This document shows, one piece after another, positions 1-12,784 of a DNA stretch of 54,211 nt (its first letter is position 1; each line of letters begins with the position of its first letter). Under the pieces are notes generated by a model. That model had not been told where the DNA came from. It did not search any database and was given only the letters and a program-made list of their open reading frames with translations. The DNA lies in the NCBI GenBank assembly GCA_002256025.1, contig NKIB01007262.1, forward strand, positions 62,001 through 116,211. Reading direction: 5' to 3'. Source of the stretch: Asterionella formosa. Taxonomy: Eukaryota. Position numbers and translations under genes: made by a program.

Positions 1-3000
1 TGAGAATCTAGATTTGGCAGAAAGCAAGCACTGAGGAGACACAAAGATGTTGTGTTGCTTCTGAAGCTGACTGACACGGGTAAACAAATTGTACCAATCT
101 TGGCGGTGGTTTCCAAAATGAGGAGTTCTCCGATTTCGATGATTTTCATGGCTCAGCATCATCTCGCAAATGGTCAATGCAGCAGAGCAAGTGGCAATTG
201 AAGATTTTTTGGCGGCCTCGCTTGTCGATGCGAACTTTGACGACACTGTTCTCGCAAGATCTTCCAAAGTGGCACATGAAATTGCCAATGCTCGGTCGCA
301 GGCCAGCGCCGCCAGATTCAAATCGATTCGAAACATTTCCTCCGCCAATGCCTGGCAACGGGGAACGTTTCCAGAAACTGCTGCACGTTCAAGAATCAGG
401 ATAGATGCTTCAGACTTTGACAGATATGTGAAAGCATCGCAGAGGTCTATGGCATCCTGAAGAACGCTTTCAAAACTAATGTGGCGACAGACAAAGTCAA
501 GAAGGTTTTTCGCGTGCTGAGGATTGTCCACTCTGAAAAGCTCATGAGCGGCCGAGACGCCGCAATAGCGCTGGACAATGCTGTCAATTACAAGGAGCCT
601 AGAAGCTTCGACAACTTCTGATCTCAGAGCATTTTCGCCCCCGGCCCAGTCAATCGCATCTTTGGAGAGCTGAGACAAGCATGGAGAGAGCTTTCCGCAA
701 AGAAGTGCAGCTCGTAGAACTGACAGAGCAACTTTGCATTTCGATGCAGTTGACTCGCAACATCGTGATAATGACGACGCTTCCGTGATAGCTGCTTCAC
801 TCGCCATGTTGTTATTGCAGCGACCAGAAGCGTAGCTAAAGATTGCATCGTCGTAGCTAACGTTAGAATTGACACAAAAGGATTTGACAAACTGGGTGAG
901 GCTTGAAAGTCTAGTCTCGTGTTCGTCTGCACGACTAGAAAATATTCGCACCAATTCCTTAGCCATCTGTGATGCTCCACCATAATAAGCATAGCTTCGA
1001 AGACACACTTCCTCTCTGCTTAAACCCAACTCCCGAGCTTCCTTCAGTTGTTTCGCGTGAACCAATTTGACTGCCACTGTCGGATCCACCTCGTCATCGT
1101 TCTCGTTGTCACTTCCACGTGATGATCTGATTGCAGGAAGTAGCGAAACTATTGCGCCACCCTTCAGCCTACCCAATTCTAGAACTGTGGGCATTGGTCG
1201 TTCATTTCGAATTGCTGACGTGGCTGACGGTCTCGTATGCAGTGTTTCCGAAGAATCCATCGCGAAGTTCCGGGGACTGTATCGACCTCGTCTCACATCA
1301 GTTGTTCTCTCCGAAGCGAAAGGTGAAAAGGATGAAAAGCTTGAAAAGAGCTTCACTCCAAGCTGGTTTGTGGCGGAGAGGACAGTCTGATAATTGAACC
1401 AAAAAGTTAGAAAAACAGAGAATAATTTCGAGCAGTGTTGCCTTTGGATTTGTTGATACTAACCTCCAAAAGATAAATTGCAGCGTTGATTCCGTGCGGA
1501 TTGGTTCCGTCATCATATGCTTCCGCAGTCTGACAAGTCCAGACCGAAATGAGGGGAAGTGCTTCATGGTTGACAGAAAGCGATGTAATGATGACCTCTT
1601 TGAGCAACGTGGCAAATGTGCGTGGGTCTACAGATGAGGAAATCGTTAACATAGCGGAAACTAGAACCTCCGGCGACAGTTCCTTTCCCTGAGTGGATCG
1701 CCACATTTTCTCTGCTGAAGAAAATAAACTTTGGCTGATGAAAGCTTGGAATAGATCTGCATTGGACCTGACGCTTGCAAATGGCTTGTCAAGAGTAGCT
1801 TCCCCGTCTCTTAAAATATCATGAATACAATTCATGGCCGAAAGACATCGTTCCAGACCTATTTTCTTTTCTTCGATTTTTTTCGAGCATCTTGCTTCGA
1901 AAATTGTCTCAATTGTAGATGCCGTAATGTGCAGGGCCATAATGAACTCAAGCAATTTCGGCGGTTTCTCAGACTTGGATGGCCAGTCCATAATGATATC
2001 AGCAGCCTCCAACAGATTATCAATGGAAAATTTCTCACCGGACAAAGCACCATTCGCCAAACATTTTAAGCAATTACTAGCTGTAGCCATGGTTGATTCA
2101 GAAATCGTGCTTGTGCTAAAGACATGATCAAGTTTGCGGAGAACCACTTCAGATGGATGAAATCGAGCATACTCGTCCCATGGCCCTTGGTAGATGTCTA
2201 TGAGTTTATCTGCTTCATCGAAAGAATTGTTTTGCAAAAGCAGTCTGATTTTTCCAACTAAACCATCAACAGCTGGGTTTCTGCAAGAAAATTCGTTGTA
2301 GACTTCTTTTGTATCCACGGTTTGTATCCATACCCGAAATGAATACGGACCGGCACCTTCTCCAGCCTTCGCAGAAATACCAATGGATTTCAATCCTTCA
2401 TCAATTACCATCGGAATATCGTACAGGAGATGTGGCCTAGAAAAGAAAGTCATACCTAACGTATCCTCTACGGCAGCTTGCAAGACGTGAATTGACACGC
2501 CGTGTTTCGATGACTTGATGGCAACAGCGACAGCGACGGCACTGTCCTGGTAACAACTTTTGACTGGCTCCATAGCTAGTACCCTTGTTGCATCACGCGT
2601 ATCTGAGGTGATGAGAGCCGAACAAGCGATGGTAAGATGAGATATATTATACCACACCGCGTGAGACTTTGTGGATGATCGTCCACAAAGCAAGAAAAAG
2701 GAAGTGGAGATTCCAAGATGTTGCACTCCAATGCCAATGGTGGTATCGAATTGATATGTATCATCGCTATTGTCTACTTCAATGCTCTCTTTGATCATTT
2801 TCGGTATTTTCGTGTCGAGACTGTAGTCGTGGATCGAGATCTTTCCGTTCCCGCTCCCAGCAGCAAAGCGAATGGTATTGGAGTCCAGGAAACAACCTTG
2901 AATCGCGTCAAAATCATAACTTCCTTGAAGCTTGAGTGCATCAATTGCCATAGTCCTTGCTCCTTCTGCCACATTTCCTGGATGCTCGGAGTTGAGTCTG

Positions 3001-3494
3001 TCTCCGTCAATGGCGGAAACAAGAATAATACTTGTCTTCGGGTTCTCCTCCAAGTCTGAAGATACCAAGATCATAAGTGAATCTAAGGGCGTCCTCTGTC
3101 GGTTAGAAACGAAACTGATTTCTGCGGGACGTTGGAGGCCTTCCAAGGTAGAGACTCGACGAGTAGCAAGGACCTTCCCATCTCTTCCTCGCATCAATGC
3201 GATGGTTCCTCCGTCAGTCGACGCCACCACTATTGATCCATTGTGATTCGACGCCACCCGGCAGACGTGATACGGAGCGAAGGATGTTTGCCATGTCGTC
3301 CATTTATCATCGGATCGTTCACCCCCGATTCCATAGACTATAGAGGAACGCGCGACGGCATGCGAGCAGAGAGGAGACCCTTGCTGAATCGACGAACGCT
3401 TCCAATCGTTTCTTGTGAAGTGTTTGTCCCATCTAAGATTTTCCTTGTCGTCATCGGCCGAAACAGGGAGTTTCAGCGTTTCCAAAGAAGCCAT
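1..3494 (-). CDS. ROD/KNTC1-like kinetochore protein (RZZ complex subunit), 3'-truncated by window edge; exons 3494-1464 and 1386-<1
   Basis: ATG at 3494 (MASLETLKL) inside the 728-aa ORF. Phase-0 intron 1463-1387 (GTTAGT...CTAAC...ATCAG) joins to a long open frame heading to the window edge. The N-terminus is beta-rich (propeller-like), followed by a helical solenoid. KIRLLLQNNSFDEADKL and EASRLLVIDSIVQRYCG...LLDFVCRHISFESVLQDAIDLCDAF resemble recalled ROD segments. Gene structure is solid; identity is by eye. Confidence 0.7.
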
Positions 3495-4799
3495 GGATGA
3501 GGATACCGGTATAAGGAGTGGGGGGGGAGAGAGAGATAATATACCGGTAGGAAATAACCAAAAAATGCTCATGCAATGCAGATTTTGAAGCAAACGAAAA
3601 ACATACCGGTACGTTATATTTTAAAAAGGAGTACCGGTACCTAGTACCGGCAAAATATAGAGATGTTTGAATTCATTCACTGGACGATAAAAATTGTTAC
3701 CGGTAGTACGACGAAAGCAATATGTTGTTTTTACGTAGAATTTATTAGCCATCAATGCTGTCACGTTTTATTAATAGCATAAAAAGCTTTCAAATTTCAG
3801 AAAACCCAATCCATTTGCACTCCTGACAATCTGCTGCATTTCTCACTTTGTTTCGCCACTTTTGTACAGGCTAGCATATAATACAATACAAAGTAAATCA
3901 AGAGACAAACAATTTTATATGTCACTGTCCCCAAATATGAGATGTTATATACATATCTCCATTGCATTTGACACATTAATATCTCTTTACTCTGCCCACC
4001 AGCACACCAGCCCATCCCTGTATCCTACCATGAATCCCTTCACTGACTGCCTACCAAGCAGACAGCTTTTGGGACACAAACTCTTGACACATCATTCCAA
4101 GACAACTACCACTGTATTAATGAGTAGGGTATGAAGGTCATGGGCTGTCACAACACTGTTACCCCTTGTCAATTGTCAAGCAATGTAATTAGCAGCGACA
4201 AAACAGCCAACTGGCATATGACATTGTTGCTAATTGCTTGTGTTGGAAACAGCATCAGAGTGATGTGCCTTCACCAACTTTTTCGATACCCTGCCTACAT
4301 CCGTTACAGAGGTTTTTCCTTGGGAAAATAAGATGTATGGAATATTGAGTGATGTCACAGCAAGCCAGATACCACTTGTACACAACTACCCACAGTTTTT
4401 TTCTGCTGCCAGATTGTTTCATGTCCCCAGTACTATTGAAAAATTGAACAAAGCCTTGGACCTCTGGATTCCCCATACTGACCACGCAAGGAGAAATTAT
4501 GAGACCAATGGCAACTAGAACTGCTGCTGGTGCTTTGTATGAGAAACTTACTGAGCAGGTCCCATCATAGCTAGTTTCACTTTTTAATGTAAGTACATAC
4601 ATCAAAAAACATACTAAGCGCCTACAAGACTTCTTATGTATCATGTTGGCCAAATGGTACCTCGTCCCATCATATGGACCATCTCTAGCCAAGACTGCGC
4701 AAATATGCAAAACGAAAAATATATTTGGAGTTAAATAGGATAGAAATTCCAGTGTTTGATGATCAGGGAGAGGATAAGGAATATCGGTCAGTAATATAC

Positions 4800-5900
4800 A
4801 GTTGAAAATTTCTATATTTCAAAGATACTCTTTTTATGCCACATCATGTGTATACTATCAGCAGTTGAGTTTATACATAATTCAAATATATAAAATGGAT
4901 GAGGAAATTATTGTTTTCCACGACCTGATGTCCTGTTGTTGAATTCTTTCCATATCAATTCTTGTACCTAAAAGTTGTTAGTGACTCAATTAAGCCCCCC
5001 AAGTAGCGTTAGTCATCTGGAGGGATTTCATAAGATGATGCAAATCATATAATAATTAGATGATTCATTTTCTCATATCATTGACACCGTTTACCATATG
5101 ATAAATATACTTTGATCAAATGTATAGGATAAGCAAATCAGACTTTATGAAATAAAGATCATACTTTCTGGATAGAAATATAGCCAATAAAATTAGATCA
5201 AGGATAACAATATTTATTTCTTTTGATCTTGCTTTTAACATCAATATATCTATTTTGATCATTTATTTTCTCATATCAATGACATTTTTATTATATGATC
5301 AATATGCATTTATCAAACAAGGATATAGACATCAAACATTACAGATGATACTTTCTGGTGCTTGTAAATGATGCATGATTGCCAGAAAAGATAGGTACCA
5401 ATGATGGGCTGTTTCTATTTGACTTCGTTATTTGCATACCCTCCATCACCTATAGATACCAATGTTAGGTTGTGTGTAGGAGAACCTGTTTTTGCGTACC
5501 CTCCATCCCCTTTAGATACCAATGTGCTGTTGTTTATAGTACTATGAGACCGTCTGTTTGCGTACCCTCCATCACCTATAGATACCAATGTTCTGTTGTT
5601 TGTATGAGATCGTCTGTTGGCGTACCCTCCATCACCTATAGATACCAATGTTAGGTTGTTTGTACAAGACCGTGTTTTTGCGTAATCTCCATTACCTATA
5701 GATACCAAAGTTAGGTTTATAATAACTGACTGTTTTAATGCGTACCCCTTATCACCTACAGATACCAATGTTAGGTTGCTTGCATGAGAACGTGTTATTG
5801 CATACCCTCTATCATCTATAGATACCAATGTTAGGTTGTTTGTACGAGACTGTGTAATTGGGTTTATATCAACTATAGATACCAATGTTGGGTTTTTTGT
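4800..5900. repeat. Dispersed repeat copy 1 (homologous to 26210-26770) containing a 60-bp tandem array
   Basis: Shared blocks such as TTGTTTTCCACGAC, GCCAATAAAATT and GGATAACAATATTTA..TTTGATCTT. The motif GATACCAATG recurs at 5455, 5515, 5581, 5641, 5701 (variant), 5761, 5821 and 5878. Confidence 0.85.
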
Positions 5901-6014
5901 ACAAGACCGTGTTATTGGTCTTCCAGTGTTAGTTGTTTCCATGTCAATGTTGTCGTCACATCGTTGGTAGTCCGGCAATGGCTTCCATGTGAATGTTATC
6001 ATCACATCATGCAT
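5415..6014 (-). CDS. Putative 20-aa tandem-repeat protein (NLTLVSIGDGGYANTRSHTN-like units), unknown function
   Basis: Stop-free 199-aa ORF across ~8 diverged units; unit spacings 60, 66 and 57 are all multiples of 3. Confidence 0.35.
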   Translation of the reverse strand: MHDVMITFTWKPLPDYQRCDDNIDMETTNTGRPITRSCTKNPTLVSIVDINPITQSRTNNLTLVSIDDRGYAITRSHASNLTLVSVGDKGYALKQSVIINLTLVSIGNGDYAKTRSCTNNLTLVSIGDGGYANRRSHTNNRTLVSIGDGGYANRRSHSTINNSTLVSKGDGGYAKTGSPTHNLTLVSIGDGGYANNEVK

Positions 6015-7249
6015 CCCTACTTTTACAGATTTTAAAATGTGGTGAGTTCATGAATCATCACGAGAACGAGCTTTTTGAGCATCAAAGCGACAGGGAATGG
6101 AATGCAGAGAGGTTGTGCGGGCCTGTTCGCTTAGTAATCCTGTATTTCCAAAGAACAGAATTGTAACTCATTTACTGGACTAGAATGTCACAAAGCGATT
6201 CTTAGAGGGTCCAAGGAGGCACTGACAAGCACGGATCAGGCAATGACGTGCGTGATGAATGAAATCATGTCAAAACGAATTTATTCGATTTGTTCAGGAG
6301 GAAGAGGATGATACAAGTTGGAAATGACAACAGTATCTAGAATATTCAATAAGATTGATGAATAATCTTGGTATCATTAAAGCATCATCCTCCACAATGA
6401 AGACCCTTGGACGATAGAATCGAAGGCGTGCATACAATGATATAGAAGATTTCTTTTGCAAGTCAACAGGAATCAATAAGGATAAGCCCCTCCAGTCTTT
6501 GAAGTCAATTCATATTTCATTGAAGAAACTTCCAAGCAATTCGGAATTGAAAATTTGAATTTGCTCTTGGTGGAGAAAATGTTTGAGTATGAGTATGATT
6601 ATGTGCATGAACATCTGGTTCCCACATTAGTTTCAAATTTGGGTTTGGAAATCAATGAGTGGTTCGGGTATGATCTGAGTGACAAAGAATTCCTGCTCTC
6701 CGAAAATTAATTGACAATAACAAACATTTACCACAGATAAGAATGCAATATCTATGATAGTAGAATGCATTTCATGCTGACATTTTCTAGATACTGGAAC
6801 TACAATCATATGATGTGTCAATTCGAAGACAAAATTGATTTCCTAGCTAGATAATGCATCCAACACCTGATAAGTTTGTTTACCTATTCGATTAGTGATC
6901 AGGGCATTCCAAGTAGCAACCTGATGGATTAAATTTGCTCACTATCAATTAATAGAAGCTGTGGTGACCAGAATTCCATTATCCACCACTAAAGCATCTT
7001 TGAACAGGGACCTTGATTTATAGGAATCTATGAAGCACAACTGCAAGCGGCTGGGACAACACATCATCTTCTTGTCCTGCCTGTTCAAATTGGTCAATGC
7101 TGGATGACTCCTGGTGAGCGAAGTTCATGCCAACATGATATCCTTAGTAGTTTATCAAAAACACACCTTGATCTCGTTCGGAATTGATTGCTTACCTTGC
7201 TTCATGAGGAGCTATCACCAAAGGTAAAACAAATGCGAACTTCAGAAAA

Positions 7250-7540
7250 AAATTCGTGGTATGAAATTTAAACTACAAGACAAGGAATATAAGTCAAGGA
7301 AGGCTGGAAAGGCAAGGCAAAGGGGATAATGCAAGTCTTGTGTTGGGGAAGAGTGTTGATTCATGGCAAAACCTTACCTTACTATGATACTACTTTAACT
7401 CGACGGCAAGGTACACATGAAATTGTCAACATTGATTCGAGTTTGAGACACATCATGTCAATGTGTACTGACATCTTGAAAGAGAGCAAAGGAATGATGA
7501 GCATATTGCTTGGCTGGTATTACCAAGCTTGGAGTTAGTT
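7250..7540 (+). mobile_element. Degenerate DDE transposase fragment (Tc1/IS630-like)
   Basis: EGWKGKAKGIMQVLCWGR...SSLRHIMSMCTDILKE resembles the KG-x-x-QVLWERG...L...C.DF..E segment of such transposases; frameshifted. Confidence 0.4.
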
Positions 7541-7549
7541 GCCTTGAGG

Positions 7550-8050
7550 TCATCATGCTTACACCGAGGTGTCGTGCATCACATGAATAAGATGTTTTCT
7601 ATTTGTAGACATTCCCCCGACCATACAGGCAGGCTGAATCATGCATACCAGGCAGGCGCTCTCCACCACAAGCTGCGCGCCATTGTGGCCTCATTCGTCC
7701 TCTTCACCACATCATTACTTACTCAGTCTCCTTCTGCCCTGCATGTGGCCATGTGCCTTGCTTTTTTTCTTACTCTACCATGATGAAGACAACAGCTCCA
7801 AAAATGACTCCCTGTATTTGCCTGCCAAGCACACCATTGCTGTTGCTTTCTACCATTGGTTATGTGAGCATGTCCTATCTGGTGTGCTATATATCCTAAA
7901 ACTTGATATTGCAGTCAACCCTGCCAACATTTTTATTAAAGGTATTGTTACTGAGAAATTTACCAATATCCACAAGCTATTTTGTGGTTGGTGACATTTT
8001 GCCTCTTTTCTTGCTCAGCCCGCAACTGAGACAAGGGAGAGAAAGTTGAA
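7550..8050 (+). mobile_element. Ty1/copia remnant (RT end, RNase H C-terminus, polypurine tract)
   Basis: KHTIAVAFYHWLCEHVLSG...VNPANIFIKG...KLFCGW* matches a copia RNase H end and is followed by the purine tract AAGGGAGAGAAAG at ~8034-8046. Confidence 0.75.
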
Positions 8051-8946
8051 TGCCAACTTATATTTGTCCAGAATTTTGGTTCTGTCATGATTTTTTGTCA
8101 CTGCCCATCATGGCTACTTCACTATATTACTAACTTCCTGTCCCACAATAGTCTTGCTCATTGCCATGGTTACTACGCCATCACTAACTTCCCCCTGTAT
8201 CTCAAGATTGACTGTTGTCAACTGGTGACAACTCCTAGCTACTAGTTTGTCCTTTAACATTTAGCTCACATTCTTATTCTGAAACATAGAGTCAACAAGC
8301 CATCATTCTAGTTACTACTCTTCAATTATCAACAGTTTCTTTAACACTTTCAAGTCACTGGGTATCATACGCTCGACTGGACTCTATCATCATACATTTT
8401 TTGTTCTTATTTGTGACGGTTCCAGTGAGATAACTACCGTTTCCCGGTAGACAATATTATTACCGGTACATAAAACGATGCACCCAACGCTCAGCCAAGT
8501 TTTTGTGTCAATTCGAAATTTATATAGCTGTCAAATATCAGAGTGCATACCATCATCAGTCAAAACGTATGCTACCTGGTACCGGTGGTATTTGTGAATG
8601 TTTGCATGAGAAACATATGTAGCTATTTTCCCTTCAGTCTGGCGATCTACACGAGTATAGGGTGGGAGTGAACTTTCCTTAAATCGCGTGCTGAATACAC
8701 CCCTCTGCGTTTACGCGCCTGCCTTAGTTCAAATTTTGTATTTTGTAATTGCTCTTTCGGTGTGCGGCTGTTTCCTGGACTCTTCCAGTTCAAACAATAC
8801 ACCACGTATTGCGTTGGTGCCGTTGCGAAGCTCTCCTTCATTTACTGAAATCAAGAAGTCTCTCTGTTGATCCTCTTCTTTGCATCTTTCCGAGAGATCC
8901 AGCTTTACGGGAATATTTCGCATTTGTGGACGCTGTTGGCGTAATC

Positions 8947-11212
8947 ATGGAGCCGAATTCTTCCGTTGGACCCGACCAGCATGATGGTACGGCTAGGATT
9001 CTACCGCAGTTCCCTACAGTTGCTCGAGTTCCTCCTGGTCAAGCACCACCTCATGCACCGAGTCCTTCCATGCTAAGCGGACAGTCTTACTATGGATATT
9101 CTCACGGCATACCTCCACCGCCTGCCAATGGATACGAAAGCCAAATCAGTCAACGATATCCCCCGTATCATCCGCCTTATCCAATTGCGAACGAACAACA
9201 ACGGGCAGGCGGTCCCTTTGGACCGCAAATCTCTTCCAAGTCACACAGTGGGGCATACGAACCCACTAACGGACCTTACTATCCGCAAGGATCCTTCGAC
9301 GGACCGCATACTTCAGGGGTCATTTCACGCGCGAATTTTGATCGAAATGCAACGGCCCCACTTCCGCAGCGAGAGGTTCTCCGGACCAATTCATCAGGAT
9401 CCTCTGGCTCTAGCAGTTCTGCTGCTGCTGCTGCTGTTCGAGCAGTATATCCTCCAGCATCTCGCTCGTATTCTCGCGGCGCTCCAGCCCTAGTCAACAA
9501 GTATGGCCATCATCCGGGATCGGGCGCTGGAATTACACTTCCTCTACCACCGCCTCCTCTTCGACCCACTGGACCTTATACTACTGCACAACTGGAATCC
9601 ATGCCCCGTGGACCAGGCAAGACTCTGGGAAAGCAATTGGAAGTAGAAAAAGCACAAGCTGCACGACAAAACGAACCGAACTCGAAGTCTGATCAGATAC
9701 AGCAGCGCAAGGGCCAGCACACAAAATCGTCGGAACACCTCGACCCTGATGAGAGAGCCTACACGGTCATTACTGGCCGCTCTGGAGCCACGTCTCCGAG
9801 TCAGATTGATTCATTTCGACGTGAAGATGTTGTAACCATGGGATGCACCTGCAAGAAATCGAAATGTCTCAAGTTGTATTGCATGTGCTTCGGTGCCTCT
9901 GTCGTTTGTGGACAAAACTGCCGATGCGTGGTTTGTCACAACACACCGAATCATGAGCAAGTCAGAAAGGATGCCATCCGGAACATCTTGGCAAGAAACC
10001 CTAATGCATTTGATACGAAATTCAAGAAGACAGAAAAAGAAGAAGTCGAAGAGGAACTCGCGGCTGTTGCGAGTGGTCCAAGCCGAGCGATTACTCACAA
10101 GTTAGGTTGCAAGTGTCGAAAGAGTTTTTGTACGAAAAAGTACTGCGAGTGCTATAATGCTGGAGTAAAGTGCAGTGGAAGCTGTCGTTGTGTCAGTTGT
10201 AAAAACATACCGGTAGGGGGAGTTGTATCACGAGAAGACGACCCTCCGAAAGGATCCGCATTTTCCATTTCAATGGCGGCCTCGAAAAATAACAAACTGT
10301 TGCCAGTTGTCCTTCGAAAGACTGGGGAGCCGTGGATGGTAAATTCCGCAGCTCAGAACCTGGTAAGTTGTATCTAATGGTTTCATTTGGTGCCATTTGG
10401 TGCACCTACTGATTGGTTCTAACATGGTCACTTTGTTTTTTCACAATTAGGCATTTTTAAGACACGCTTCTCCCGCTAAACCGGATCGAAAGACCGTGAG
10501 ACAACTCAGCGGGGGACGTGAAAACTCTATGGCTTCTTTACCTTCGCTTACTGCCTCAGAGACATCGATTTCACCTACAGAGCAGGAAGCTGATGGGGTC
10601 AATTCCCTCTTGATGGCGGCCTATGCCATGACGGAACTCTTCGCACAAGACGCACCTGCCGTGGCGGGAGGGGGAACACCCGAAAAACAACGGATTGAAG
10701 GAAAAGAGTTTCGTTCTCCAAAGCGTAAAACTCTGGAAAGTAGGAAGCCTGCGAGATTTTCGGATGTCGAAACACATCCGAATATAAAATCAGTCGAAGA
10801 ATCTGTGTCAGCGGTGGCAACCCCTATCACGGCCCGCAAGATGAAACGTACTCGAGTTGGCACGGTGGAAAAAGCGCGTCCGTCATCGTCTCTGGCGGCT
10901 GAATCGTCTTTCTTATGCGAGGAGAGGTTAGATTCAGCCCTTCGGTCGGAAAACCTTTCTGATGGCGAAGCCAGCGAGGATGAAGTTAGCAGTCCATCGG
11001 AGGGGATAGACGATACTGTTACTCCTGTTAAGCCATTTGCTACGCCACAAGGCACGAAGGATATCATTAACGTTATGACACCTGTTACCGCTCGATGTAT
11101 CGATTTCCAGCACATGGGTGTGACTGATGAGAGCGACAGCATGGTTGCGGAAGAAAAAAAAGAAAGCGAAACAGACATGGGGACGGATCAGTTAAAAAAA
11201 ATTGCGTATTGA
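8947..11212 (+). CDS. CRC-domain (tesmin/TSO1-like CXC, LIN54-like) DNA-binding protein; exons 8947-10362 and 10451-11212, ~725 aa
   Basis: Two CXC domains (GCTCKKSKCLKLYCMCF...; GCKCRKSFCTKKYCECY...) separated by the hinge RNPNAFDTK. Phase-0 intron 10363-10450 (GTAAGT...TTAG) joins the 542-aa and 238-aa ORFs in frame. Confidence 0.92.
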
Positions 11213-11271
11213 GAAGATATTTTGAAGGAATAGATTACACATAAAAAGCATTTTAAAACGAACAAGCGACT

Positions 11272-11715
11272 CTAATAACCGTCATTGGACCAAGTTACGT
11301 CAAAGTCCTCATAACGCTTATCTTCCAAAATCACCTTCCTTGTCAACTCATGGTCAGCAGCTCCAAAACCGTATGAGAAGCCAAATATAGATATTTCTTT
11401 GCTGTGTTCATTGAGGTTTATTCTTCCACCACCAGTTATATTGATATCTTGATAACCACTGCCTCCCAGCACTTGAACCATGGGCTCGGCGGCATTCCGA
11501 TGATATGAAGCTCCTCGAAGGCTAATGACAAACCAGCTTAATTCATTTGATCCAGGTTCTTTGGCTGAAATCAAGACATACTTATGAGCTCCACTATCTA
11601 TGCTCACAGGAGAAACCTTTTCAAAAGGTCTCGCTGATCGAGCGCCTTCGTTTTTCGCTAATTGAGCCTTGAGCTTGGCGGCTTCTTCCTGATCTTCTTC
11701 GTTGGTTGTGTGCAT
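11272..11715 (-). CDS. PHPT1: 14-kDa phosphohistidine phosphatase (Janus/Ocnus family)
   Basis: Motifs VSIDSGAHKYVLI, YH (catalytic His region), GGGRI, FGFSYGFGAADH and C-terminal TWSNDGY. Confidence 0.92.
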   Translation of the reverse strand: MHTTNEEDQEEAAKLKAQLAKNEGARSARPFEKVSPVSIDSGAHKYVLISAKEPGSNELSWFVISLRGASYHRNAAEPMVQVLGGSGYQDINITGGGRINLNEHSKEISIFGFSYGFGAADHELTRKVILEDKRYEDFDVTWSNDGY

Positions 11716-12321
11716 TGGAGTCTATTCTTTTGCAATTTAATCAATAAAATAGCAAGCAGGTACTTGTTGCACTACTATTGACATCGGTGCCGGTATACGA
11801 CGAGACAATAATCATTGTACAATACATACCGGTACCAGGTACCGTTATACCAGGAATTCCCACCCTAGCTATCGTCTTGCCATATGGGTACTTCTAAATA
11901 ATTTTTATGCTCTAAGTAATTTCTTAAGTAATTTTTATTTAGGGGCAATATGGGGCACATCGAATTTTTCGGAAATAGAATTGCCGATTTTAGCGAGACA
12001 GACAGAATAACGTAAATATATACATAGAGATGGTACAACAACTGTCAAACACAAGAGAATGATTGCAAAATGCAACTCACTGAAAATTGAACATGATGTT
12101 TGGAGCAACCAAAGTATGACATGCGATGTAATAAGTAGCATCAAATAAGAAATAGAAAAAATTGTTTTGGGTTAGAAATGAAGGTAAAAAATAGGAGTTT
12201 CAATGGAAACATATGCAATGTGACATTGTAGCACTTACACAGGCAACAATGACCAACGAAATAAGAAGAAAAAAGCTGAACCCCATTGAGACCTGCATCG
12301 TTATGTAGCGTAGATGATCTG

Positions 12322-12784
12322 CTGGTTGCTGCAACCATGCACATTGCTGTAGTAGCCTGACACCAGTAGCAGTCTTTCCGCCACAGCCAGCCATTCCTCC
12401 CGCCACCAAACAACCCTGATCATTCCATTCTGAGCAAGCGTGATTGCCAGGCTGCTCCAGCACTATCGACTCCCTCTACTAGCTGAGTATTGTTACGTAG
12501 CTTATGGGAGAATACGTAGCTTATAATACAAACTTGTAGTAGAAAGGTTGCAAAGCGTGTTAGTACCACAAGAAAAGCATGAATGCTTGCAGCAAAATTG
12601 ACATCATGGTCAACAACTATACAAATCAACAAATAGGATCAACAACAATACATCTTCAACAAGTAGGCATTGGTTGCTGCAACCATGCACATCACTGTAG
12701 TAGCCTGACACCAGTAGCAGTCTTTCCGCCAAAGTCATTCCTCTCACCAAACGACCCTGATCATCCATTCTGAGCAAGCATGAT
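12322..12784 (+). repeat. Diverged direct repeat of ~115-120 bp (12322-12444 and 12671-12784)
   Basis: TGGTTGCTGCAACCATGCACAT...GTAGTAGCCTGACACCAGTAGCAGTCTTTCCGCCA...CCATTCTGAGCAAGC is present twice. Confidence 0.9.

Noticed and set aside
146..3500. Many short overlapping ORFs within the ROD-like gene (likewise within the CRC and CPSF1 genes)
   Set aside because: Antisense or off-frame shadows of long genuine exons.
3800..4710. 151-aa minus-strand ORF and neighbours
   Set aside because: Stop-ridden, CpG-poor and with no recognisable domain; probably old repeat debris.
8749..8946. N-terminal extension of the CRC ORF (likewise 3495-3593 and 46061-46267)
   Set aside because: The ORF track uses non-ATG starts; the downstream ATGs are more plausible in a eukaryote.
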